NCBI GenBank assembly: GCA_030390025.1
Contig: CM059432.1
Span: forward strand, 149,422,001 to 149,486,000
Length of the DNA: 64,000 nt
Direction: 5' to 3'
From: Squalus acanthias
Taxonomy: Eukaryota
The position numbers and the translations under genes were made by a program. The notes beneath the pieces are model-generated. The model was given only the letters and a program-made list of their open reading frames with translations, was not told the origin of the DNA and searched no databases. Of this stretch, positions 12,978 to 23,604 are shown in pieces. Within the stretch, counting starts at the first letter, position 1; each line of letters opens with the position of its first letter.

Positions 12978-13110
12978 AGAAATTCAGATGGAATATCTCC
13001 AACTGGCTAAGACTTACCTGGAGTGCAAAGTGCCGAAACTCTCTCTGAAGTGTTTGAGGAACGCGAAGGAGTACAAGCTCTGTGCAGAACTGTTTGAGAA
13101 ATTGGGAAAG
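12978..13110 (+). CDS. TRANK1: TRANK1 exon EIQMEYLQLAKTYLECKVPKLSLKCLRNAKEYKLCAELFEKLGK (ends at a GC donor)
   Basis: cccctctccAG acceptor, phase 2 in. The only frame-preserving donor at the expected position is AAG|GCATGT at 13111. Confidence 0.88.
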
Positions 13111-13297
13111 GCATGTGATCATTGCATCTGTATTCGTTGTCTTGGCTTTTATAACAGTAATAGTTTTCAGACCGCCCTTTGTTTTTAATACCACTTCACT
13201 CATCATATAATGGATTGAACTCTTGCACTGGATGTGGGACAGAATTTCTGTTCCCTTGCCTGCCCGATAATCGTTAGCATCGACATCTCACGTGCAA

Positions 13298-13700
13298 CAT
13301 CCACCACACCTTAAACATTCACTCCCTCCACCACCGGCGTACCGTGGCTGCAGTGTGCACCATCTACAAGATGCACTGCAGCAACTCACCAAGGCTTCTT
13401 CGGCAGCACCTCCCAAACCCGCGACTTCTTCCACCTAGAAGGACAAGGGCAGCAGGCGCATGGGAACACCACCACCTCCAAGTTCCCCTCCAAGTCACAC
13501 ACCATCCTGACTTGGAAATATATTGCCAATCCTTCGGGTCAAAATCCTGGAACTGCCTCCCTAACAGCACTGTGGGAGCACCTTCACCACATGGACTGCA
13601 GCGGTTCAAGAAGGCGGCTCACCACCACCTTCTCAAGGGGCAACTAGGGATGGGCAATAAATGCCGGCCTTGCCAGCGATGCTCACATTCCCAGAATTAA
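13298..13700 (+). mobile_element. Non-LTR retrotransposon 3' fragment (CR1/L2 group)
   Basis: AAVCTIYKMHCSNSPRLLRQHLPNP...SKSWNCLPN. Same family at 33395-33995 (-) and, more decayed, at 31510-32050 (-). Confidence 0.75.
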
Positions 13701-13776
13701 TTTTAAAAAATCATTGACAATTAAATGTCACAACTTAATGTTCAGGCTCACTTTCTTTTTCCCCTTTATCTCTCAG

Positions 13777-13922
13777 GTGGGAGACGCAGCTTGCTTGTAC
13801 AGAAGAGCTCAGTGTTACAAACAATCTGCGAGATGCTTTGAGCAACTGCACAAATTTGAATCGGCGCTCAAAATGCTCTGTCGTGGTGAATTGTACAACG
13901 AAGCTGCTCTGGCTGTGGAAAG
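13777..13922 (+). CDS. TRANK1: TRANK1 exon VGDAACLYRRAQCYKQSARCFEQLHKFESALKMLCRGELYNEAALAVE(R)
   Basis: Long pyrimidine tract and AG ending at 13776; AG|GTAATG donor (phase 2); TPR-like peptide. Confidence 0.92.
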
Positions 13923-13956
13923 GTAATGTTTAGACATCACAATATTTTAACAGCCT

Positions 13957-14925
13957 TATCAGCCTGTCCTGCCACCGACAAAAATTTTTTGTATGTGAAC
14001 CCCCAGATCTCTCTGTTCCTGCACCCCCTTTAACATTTTACCATTTAGTTCATATTTCCTCTCCTCATTTTTCCTTCCAAAATGCATCACTTCACACTTC
14101 TCTGCATTAAACTTCATTTGCCGTGTGTCTGCCCATTTCACCAGTTTATGTCCTCCTGAAGTCTGCTACTATCCTCCTCATTAAGTCCAGGTCATTAATT
14201 TATATCTAAAAGAGCAGTGGTCCTAATGCTGACCCCTGGGGGACCACCACTGTACACCTCCCTCCAGTCTGTAAAGTAACCGTTCACCACTACTCTCTGC
14301 TTTCTGTCCCTTTGCCAATTTTGTATCCACGCTGCCACTGCCCCTTTAACCCCATGGGCTTTAATTTTGCTAACAAGTCTATTATGTGGCACTTTTTCAA
14401 ACGCCTTCTGAAAGTCCATGTACACAACGTCAACCGCACTGCCCTCATCAACGCTCTGTTATTTCATTGAAGAATTCAATGTTAGGTTAGAATTCAAGTT
14501 AGTCAGACACGATTTGCCTTTTTAAAATGTGTTGATAAATTTTGTCCCGGATTATTGTCTTTAGAAGTTTCTCCACCGCCAATGTTATGCTGACTAGTCG
14601 GTGGTCACCTGGTTTATCCCTCTCCCCCCTTTTTTTTGAACAAGGGTGTGATATTTGCAACCCCACCAGTCTTCTGGCATCAATGCCATATCCAAGGAGG
14701 ATTGGAAGATTGTGGCCAGAGCTTCTGTTATTTCCACTGTTACTTCCCTCAGCAACCAAGGATGCATCCCATCTGGACTGGGTGACTTTTCTACCTCGAG
14801 CGCTGCCAATTGTTTTAGTACCTCCTCTTTATCTGTTTTTATTGTATCCAATTTCTCTACCACCCTCCTCCTTTACTGTAACCTCATCTTCTGCAGCATC
14901 CTCTTTTCTAGTGACAATAGATGCT
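13957..14925 (-). mobile_element. CR1 LINE RT fragment
   Basis: KSPSPDGMHPWLLREV, YMDFQKAFEKVPH, QMKFNAEKCEVMHFG. Confidence 0.9.
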
Positions 14926-15049
14926 ACATGTTTTGCGATTGATCAGCTTTTTAAAAAATGTGCATTTGTACTTCTGCTTTACACACAGATAAATCCCCAT
15001 GGTGGACCTACGTGTTAACGTACAAGTCTTTCTGTTTTTCTAATTCCAG

Positions 15050-18000
15050 ATTTGAAAAGATACTTTGTAAAAAGAATCAGCCTTTCACCAAGCTTCCATA
15101 CTCTGTGGATCAGTTCCGTTTGGAGGCTGCTGCCAAGTATCTGAGGGAGAACAAACTGGCTGAAATGATGGACCCCCTGTCTTACCTTGACCCCGAAGAC
15201 CAGCTTGTTTTCCTGAAGTCAAACAAGTGTCTGCCTCAAGCGGCCTGAGCTCCTGAAAAGCCAGAGTCGGGAGGAGGAAGCTGCCATGTTGATGCGGGAG
15301 CATGGAAAACTCCAAGAGGCAGCAAGGCTTTCAAATAAGAAGGAATTTCAAGCTGAATGTCTTGTTGCTGCAGCTCGAGTGGGACTACTCAAAGAAAGAA
15401 AAGGAGAAGAGATAAGCGGCTTAGACAGAAAAAGTATCCAAGAAATGCTCGATGAAGCGACCAAACTCTTCAAAATCAGAAAACAACAGTCCTCTGATCT
15501 AGCAGAAGCCATGCTACTGAAAGGCCTTCTAAATAAAGAGACCAATCTGATCATAAAAGCTTTTGACATGTTTGTTAATGAAAATAACAGCGCTGGGGTT
15601 GTGGAGAGCTTCTTTGTTTTACTACAGCAAGACCCTGAGGCCTCATCAGATTTCGAACCATCACTGACTTGTCTGGAGATGTTGGTGCAGTTGGTGAAAG
15701 CTCTTGAAAACCCCCAGAACAATGCTGAGAAAGAGATGGTCAAAGCTTGCTACGTATTTTTTGGAATTTTACCCATGGATGTCAAGTACGGCAGAATTCC
15801 ACTCTACGAAGGAGTGAGGTTTTTGCAGCTGGATTTTGACCCAGATCTAAATGAGAAGCAAGGTAGCTTTTACAGATGTGAAGTGAAAGAAGTTAGGTTC
15901 TTGCTACAGAAGCACTTACTGCTTCGCCTTTGTGACTTTGCTGAAAAAATTAAGTCAGCGGGACAGAATGTTCCAGATGTTTGTCCAAAGTATATCTGTG
16001 GCTTGCTCTGTAAGTCTCCCTCCTGTCAAGATCATCATAGGTCTTTGAAAAGGCATGAAGCAAAATATTCACTTGAAGCCAAGCTGTATCTGACCGTTCT
16101 GAATGGACTGCTGCTGGAAGCCCAACATTTCTATCCTAAAGAGACCTTTCCTGAAGTTGAGAGAATTGGAGATATTCTCACTGGATACCCATATGCTTTA
16201 TGCAGCTCTCTGTTGAATGCGTTTTACCCGAAACATTTTCATCAGAGTGTTATATCCACGAACCCTAGCGCTTGCTGGGAAGTTTTGGGATTAGTGAAGA
16301 AGATTAAGTATCACAGTTTCAGGTCTGTACTGAGGGAGTACATATCTTATTGTTTTGAATGTTCTACAGTTCAAAAACGAAGGGAATCAACAGATCTGTG
16401 GCTACAGGCCCAACAGGTTTACCTTCTAACTTGTGACTACTTCAAGAAGATTGAAGACCTGCTCTCAAAAGAAGAGCAAGCATATAACTCTGAGCGAAGG
16501 AGATGTGACAAGGGCACAGACGTTCAAGACAAAAGGAGGAAACAAAGAGCCCTGAAAGGCAAGCTTGGGATGTTTCCGACTGACACACTACACTTATGTA
16601 TTTTCAGGCTGCTAGTTATGTCTATGAAGGATTTCTACGAACACTCAGACCCAGAGCAGTGCATTCACCACTTCTTCCGCTTCATGAATGTACTAGTTAA
16701 GAGATGTGATGATCCCCTCATCCCAAGTATCGCTAACACTGTCACAGTGCTTGAATTTCAGTTTGTTCTATGTTGTTCTATCCTTATGCATCTCGCAAAT
16801 AACCTAATTGTCTGCCTCCCAAGGAGCTTTGTAGCCCTTCTTCATTACTGGAACTTCATGTTCAAAGGACAATTCAAACACAAAAAGGCCAAAGATACCT
16901 TTAGCATCATAAATGATTACAAACCCAAAGATTTGCCCAGGATGATTCATAAAATGAAGCAACATTTGTCCTACCTGGTCAGTGTCTTGTGTGGTGATCA
17001 GAACAAAGACTTCAATGTTCTTCTGGATGCCTTCAGTGATCCAGATTACACTTCATCAGGAGAGGCAGAGAGGACAGTGGTTCTGTGCCTGGTGATGTTG
17101 ATAAATGCAAGACATGTTCTGGAACCTTGGACAGAAAAGATGATCAGATTTAGCTTCAGGGAGGTGGAGAAAAAGTTGATGAAGATTACCCAAGACCATG
17201 GGTCAAAGGTTCCAGCAAGACTCGTAGATCTTGTGGGAAAAGTGAATCGAGCACAAAGTGTTCAAGATGTGGTGAGCACCCTTCAGGAGTTACTGAGAAA
17301 GAGAGATGATGAGTTTTTGCACGACTGTGTCTGGAAGTGGGATCACCACTCTGGCCCTGGTTCAGTGCGGGGTATTTATTTTCGGAGCATTCACGCTGAA
17401 AGATTTTCTGATGAGTATCGAACAAAAATCGATGAGATTGTCCTCATCCCAGAGGAAGACCACAGTGCTCCTGATGTTGCTCAGTATCTTGAAGAAAAAG
17501 ACGATCGTCTCCAGGACATGGCTTCTAAATTGCAGAAAGCAAACGTGAGAAGGAAATGGCAGTCTTTACTCCATGTAATTAGTGTGTGCAAGTACTTGCT
17601 GACGCTCTTGACTCAAGCGGTTTCAGATGCAGCCCAACAACGGGAAGAGGTTCCCAGCAACTTCAGAGAGGCCCAAGTAGACGAGACACAGTGCGATATT
17701 TGTGGAGCGAAATTTGCTAGAGGCCCTAAAAGCTACGCCAACCTTCGTCGAGAGCAGGAATGTGAAGAAGCTACTAACCAGATCTCAGAAAACTGGGAAG
17801 AGAATGAAGAAGAAGAAGAAAGTGAAACTTTGTGCTTGCGCGAATGTTTTGCAACCCACATCCGCCTTGAAGAGCACAAAAAGAAAGAAGCTGCCTACAA
17901 TGCTTACTTGGCTTACTTCAGAGGATCTGTGGAACCTGTCATGGGTAAAGGCAAAAGTGTGCTGCACTGTCTTGAGGAATTGGCAACAGACCACTTGACA

Positions 18001-18103
18001 TCGAAAGAACTAGCGAAAGTGATGTATGGAAAACTGAGGAGCAGTATTGATGCAATTGTAGGTTCAATCGACAGTATCTACAACCACAAGACCTGGGTAA
18101 AAG
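15050..18103 (+). CDS. TRANK1: TRANK1 large exon (~3.05 kb) with a 1-bp insertion frameshift at ~15244-15246
   Basis: taattccAG acceptor (phase 2). FEKILCKKNQPF...KCLPQAA is followed, in the +1 frame, by ELLKSQSREEEAAMLMREHG and on through the 956-aa ORF 15286-18156. Probable donor AAAG|GTAGTG at 18104 (phase 1). Confidence 0.88.
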
Positions 18104-18284
18104 GTAGTGTATTTCTCTTTAGAATTGGCTGTCTTTTTCCTCATTGTTTCCCTTGAACTGGACAAAATGTCCACGGCCAGCGCGGACACGATGGGCCGAA
18201 ATGGCCTCCTTCCGTGCTGTAAATTTCTATGATAAGCTTTCAAGGAAAAATAAGCATTTCCTACCTCTGTGGATTTTTTTTTCT

Positions 18285-19980
18285 TAAGAATGCAGCGGTC
18301 ACCCCACAGCCTCAGAATGTGCAGGCAGAGAGGGAATGGGTGACCGCCAGACAGAGAAGGAGGACCAGGCAGGTAGGGCAGGAATCCCCAGAGTGCATCT
18401 CGCTCGCTAACCGGTTCACAGTTCTGGAAACTGGTGGGGGTGATGGTTCCTCTGGGGAGAGCAGCCAGAGCCAAGGCCACGGCACCACGGGTGGCTCAGC
18501 TGCAGAGGGGGGGGAGGAAGAAGAGTGGAAGAGCAATAGTGATAGGGATTCATTGGTTAGGGGAACAGATAGGCGTTTCTGTGGCCGCAGACGTGACTCC
18601 AGGATGGTATGTTGCCTCCCTGGTGCCAGGGTCAAGGATGTCACTGAGCGGCTGCAGGACACTCTGAGGATGGAGGGTGATCAGCCAGAGGTCGTTGTCC
18701 ATATCAGTACCAACGACATAGGCAGAGAGAGGGATGAGGTCCTGCAGGCAGACTATAGGGAGCTAGGAAAGAGATTAAAAAGCAGGACCTCAAAGGTAGT
18801 AATCTCCGGATTACTCCCGGTGCCACGTGCTAGTGAATACAGGAATAGGAGGATAGAACAGATGAATGCGTGGCTGGAGAGATGGTGCAGGAGGGGGGGC
18901 TTTAGATTCCTGAGGCATTTGGACCATTTCTGGGGAAGGTGGGACCTGTACAAGCCGGACGGGTTACACCTCAACAGAGCCGGGGCCAATATTCTCGCGG
19001 GGAGGTTTGCTAGTGCAGTTGGGGAGGGTTTAAACTAGCTTGGCAGGGGGATGGGCACCAGCATATAGGAGTGGAGGGGAGGAATATGGTGCATAAAAGA
19101 GTGAGTGTGTTGGATAGTACTAGAGAAGAAAGTAGTACTAGAGGCGGAAGTAGTACCATATTAGATAGGAGCACACTAAGAAAGACTACGAAAAATTCAA
19201 AAATGGGTTTAGAATGCATGTACGTAAACACACAAAGTGTGGTGAATAAGGTTGGTGAACTACAAGCACAATTAGCTGTGTGGCAATATGATGCTGTGGC
19301 AATAACGGAAACGTGGCTTAAAAACGGTGAAGACTGGGCACTTAATATTCAAGGGTACAAAGTGTTCAGAAAAATTAGGGAAGGAAAAAGGGAGGTGGGG
19401 TGGCAGTGCTGATTATGGAAGACATTGCAGTGTTGGAAAGGGAGGATGTTCTTGAGGGGACAAGGGCAGAATCCATCTGGTTAGAGTTGAGGAGCAAAAA
19501 GGGTATGATCACACTATTGGGGGTTTTCTACAGGCCTCCAAATAGTGAGAGGGAGGTAGAGGAGCAAATCTGCAGGGAAATCGCAGAGATATGCAAGAGC
19601 TATAGAGTGGTGATATTGGGGGACTTTAATTCCCCAAATATCGATTGGGATAATGCTAGGGTAAAGGGAAAGGAGGGGGATGGAATTTCTGAAATGTGTT
19701 CAGGAGAATTTCCTTGACCAGTATGTTCCAACTAGGAAGGAGGCATTGCTGGATCTGGTGCTGGGGAATGAGGTGGGCCAGGTCGACCAAGGGAGAACAC
19801 TTGGGTACGAGTGATCATCGTATCATAAGATTTAGATTAGCAATGAAGAGGAGCAAGGAACAATCTAGAGTGGAACTTCGAAACTGGAATAGGGCTAACT
19901 TCAATGGGATGCGAAAGGATCTAGCCAGGGTAAAATGGAACCAAAGACTGACAGGAAAAACTATAATGGAACAGTGGGTT
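18285..19980 (+). mobile_element. CR1 LINE 5' portion: ORF1 SGNH esterase plus ORF2 APE endonuclease; 3' part missing
   Basis: VCCLPGARVKDV...VVVHISTNDIG...YKPDGLHLN (esterase); CMYVNTQSVVNK...AITETW...YRPPNS...GDFN...SDH (APE); several frameshifts. Confidence 0.9.
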
Positions 19981-20778
19981 TAGAAATTAAACTGCAGAGT
20001 GGCTGAATGTTCTGCCACCAATGGTGGGGCGAAACCATGTTTTGTTAGCTGTCTCTGCAACTACCTCAATCACTCGGATAGTTGCCCGTAGGCAGGAGGT
20101 TCCGACAAGTATGGTGCAAATTAACGCAAATTAAAACTGTCAGTGTCTTAAAATATTAGTCCGACAAGTTCTGCTAATGAATCTGGGAAGGCCAAAGAGA
20201 GAGATTCTGGCTTTGGGTGAAACGATACACTTCAGTCTCCATTTGTGGCATGACAGATTGACCGGGCTGTTCTAAACCAAGTCTGGTTGCTCAGGAACAC
20301 CCTGATTAGTTTTCATGGGCTGGCATTTAAAATATATTCCAATGAATGAATTTCTTCAAAAATGATTATAACTTTAATAATAAGTGTTGGTTTTCGGAAA
20401 ATGAGAGAACTTCCAGGTCAGAGTGGAAAGAGATTCAACAAGCTTCCTGGCTAATAAATGAATTGAATCGGGATAACGCTGCCATCAAGCTCAGATAACT
20501 GAAGGTACCTTCAGTGCCGAACCGGTTATTTGTGTCTCGGTATTTTACAGGGCTGAAGCAATAATTCAGCCCATTGCTCCTGTGCTAGCTCTCAAATTCT
20601 TTATTCATTCTCTGGCAAGGCTGACATTTATAGCCCATCCGTAGTTGCCCTGTACAACTGAGTGGCTTGCTAGGCCACTTCAGAGGGCAGTTGAGCGTCG
20701 ACCATGTTGGTGTGGGGACTGGAGTCACGTATAGGCCAGACCGGGTAAGGACGGCAGGTTTTCTTCCCGAGAGGACGT

Positions 20779-21058
20779 TAGAAACATAGAAAAATAGGAG
20801 CAGGAGTCGGCCATTTGGCCCTTCGAGCCTGCTCCGCCATTCAATATGATCATGGCTGATCCTCTATCTCAATACCATATTCCCACTCTCTCCCCATACC
20901 CCTTGATGCCTTTTGTGTCTAGAAATCTATCTATCTCCTTCTTAAATATATTCAGTGACTTGGCCTCCACAACCTTCTGTGGTAGAGAATTCCACAGGTT
21001 CACCACCCTCTGAGTGAAGAAATTTCTCCTCATCTCAGTCCTAAATGTCCTACCCCGT
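20779..21058 (-). mobile_element. CR1 3' end (near-identical subfamily copy at 43943-44328)
   Basis: agaaacatagaaaaataggagcaggagtcggccat...gtgaagaaatttctcctcatctcagtcc. Confidence 0.85.
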
Positions 21059-23604
21059 AGTGAACCAGTTGGGTTTTTATGACCATTTTGACACTCTTAC
21101 TGATACCAATCATTGTATTTGTTGCAGGATGTCATAGCATGAGAAATCACTAACCTTAATCATTACTAACGTGTACTGTTATATAATTGTTGCCTTCAAG
21201 CAGAGACTTAGATCATTGATATTCCAATGTCTCGATCACACACTGGCTACAGTTTCCCTTATTGTGTTCCAACGTATTCAATTCTCTTGGTAGGAGGCAC
21301 CCAGAAGGAGTCCAAATGCTCCTCCTGAGGGAGGGGCGATCAGTGGGCCTGGGGTATTTTTTGTGCGCCTTTTGGTGGTTATTGAAGGGGATCGGGAGTG
21401 GCACTAGGGTACACAGTTCTCCAAATGAAGTCTCACTAAAGCCTTATGTAACCAAGTTCAGCTTGGAGTTGCTGTGGATTAGTTTAAAGGTCAGCCCAAT
21501 TGTGAATCCAGTTTGGAGTCGGTCAGCGCAGGAAAGATCCTACACTTCCACACAATAGTGACACGTGGTTAGTTGAGAGCTGCCACGTGCTGCCCCACAG
21601 TAGTCTTTTCAGTCCTCCATTTCAGTTGTTCCATAATTGGAGAAATGAAGATTAGGTACCTCCCTACAGGGAAGGAGAGCATAAAAGGGAGCCTATCGCC
21701 CTGGGACACTGTTACCAACCAAGTAGTCAGCTTTAGTGTACTACTGGGCAGATGTGGAAGCAGCTTTCGACCCCTTCCTCTCAGCTGGGATGGGTGCATA
21801 GCAATGGGGGATGGGTCTTTTAATTCAGCCAGAAGACTATACATTTAGTATTAGATGTATGGGATATCTATATAACCAATCTGTTTGTCTTTATACATCC
21901 CATAGGCGAGGAAATATTGTCGAAGAAAATTGAGACTCTTCAGGAGATTGTAGATGGTGCGGACACATGGCAGAAGCAATCCCTCTACCTGGGTGATGAT
22001 GGTAAGTTTAAACAACGAGCAGTAGTGTATCACACAACTCAGCACGTTAGTGTGTTCAGGCCCATTGCTATACAATGGCCATTGTAAAAGATGTTTCATT
22101 TAAAATGATTATCTTGGAGGATGGTTTTTATTATGATTAAGATGTTCTATGTATTCCTCAAAATCAGTAAGGCTTTTAAAATGGTGAGGTTAAGCATTCA
22201 TAGATTCATTATGCATATCATACATGCAATGGTATTTAAACACACACTTAAAAGATAGTACTCGCAGCCACACCTGACAGTTGTGGTCTTAAACGTGTTA
22301 CAGTTCTGATCTCAGTATTTTAGCTGATTTTAAATCCAGATGCTCATTCCACTCTGCTACTTTTTATACATTTCTCTCGCCCTGTCTACATGACAATCTG
22401 CACATTCCTGCATTGCATGATCAGACCAAAAGTAAACATACAACTTCATAGAAGAATCTAATTGGCCATATCAGTAACTTCAGTTGATGAGCTGGTTTCT
22501 TTACTAACGATCTCTTTTTCAAATGGGCTAATGAGATCAGTATAACTCCCTTACTTATCTTATCAATAGTTTTGCTCTTGTTGCACATACTTGCTATTCC
22601 ATCAAGTGAAACCTTGAATTATAAGTATGTCTTTGATTCTGTGCTGTTTGGCACCAGCTAATTCCCCCCTCCTACAGAAACCCCAATTAGAAAGGTAAAA
22701 TATTTACCCAGATGTTGTCCTTGCACCCATTATCTGTTATACAATCTCCCTGAAACTTAGGAACCAGTATTCAATGGCACGCCTTGAAGTTTCCTTATTA
22801 AGTCGGGGATAACTTCATATTGAAACCCACCAGTGCCGTAGGATCAGTCTTGGCTCAAGGGGTCAGTACTTTAAAATTGAATCATACTTTCCTGCTTAAC
22901 AAACAAAGGCTAAAAGCTAACATTACACCAACACAAAGCAAAATCACTAACAGTGTTCCATTAGCAGGCTTCAAGTCAGTCTGATTAACTCTTTCCTTAC
23001 CATTATTAGAAATCGCTAGCTAGTACTTCTGGAAACCAATATTGGGTAAAGTCCAGTTTTTGATGAAGTAATTATCATTGCTGTTTGTGGGAATGTGCTG
23101 TGCACAAACTAGCTGTCACCTTTGCCCAAATAACAATAGTAATTTCATTTCAAATGTAATTCATTGGCTGTGATGGACTTCAGGATGTCTTAAGAGATGT
23201 GATAAAGTGCCTTATAAAGGCAGATTCTTACTTTCCATAAGTAGCCTCAGTCACCGCAACAGGAAACACTGGGCAAAGGGACATGTGTAGTGTCCACAAT
23301 TATTTGACTCAACTAGATCCCAATCCAGACCGACTGCTTTACGGTCAGTAGAATCCTATGCTGAATATATTGCACTACTGCTAGTCTTTCACTTGGTGAC
23401 GGTGTTTCATCCAGCATTGCAGTGTCACCTGGATATTACCCTGCATGTTGTTCATGGAATTCATGATTTAATTGGAAGTTGTATCATGCTCTTCCATCTC
23501 TGATTACAGACACATTGTCGCAGACTGATACCTTCCTTATAATTTCAAATAGACTTTGAAACTACCTGGAAGGTCAGTTGCCTTCAGAAGAATTGCCATT
23601 GCAG

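Noticed and set aside
15226..15250. Micro-intron or programmed frameshift rescuing the TRANK1 frame
   Set aside because: The nearest GT...AG spans under 20 nt, too short to splice, and there is no slippery sequence at the site.
20551..20645. Candidate penultimate TRANK1 exon after ttttacAG (AEAIIQP...)
   Set aside because: Phase does not fit either donor of the large exon, and the sequence resembles decayed LINE 3' ends.
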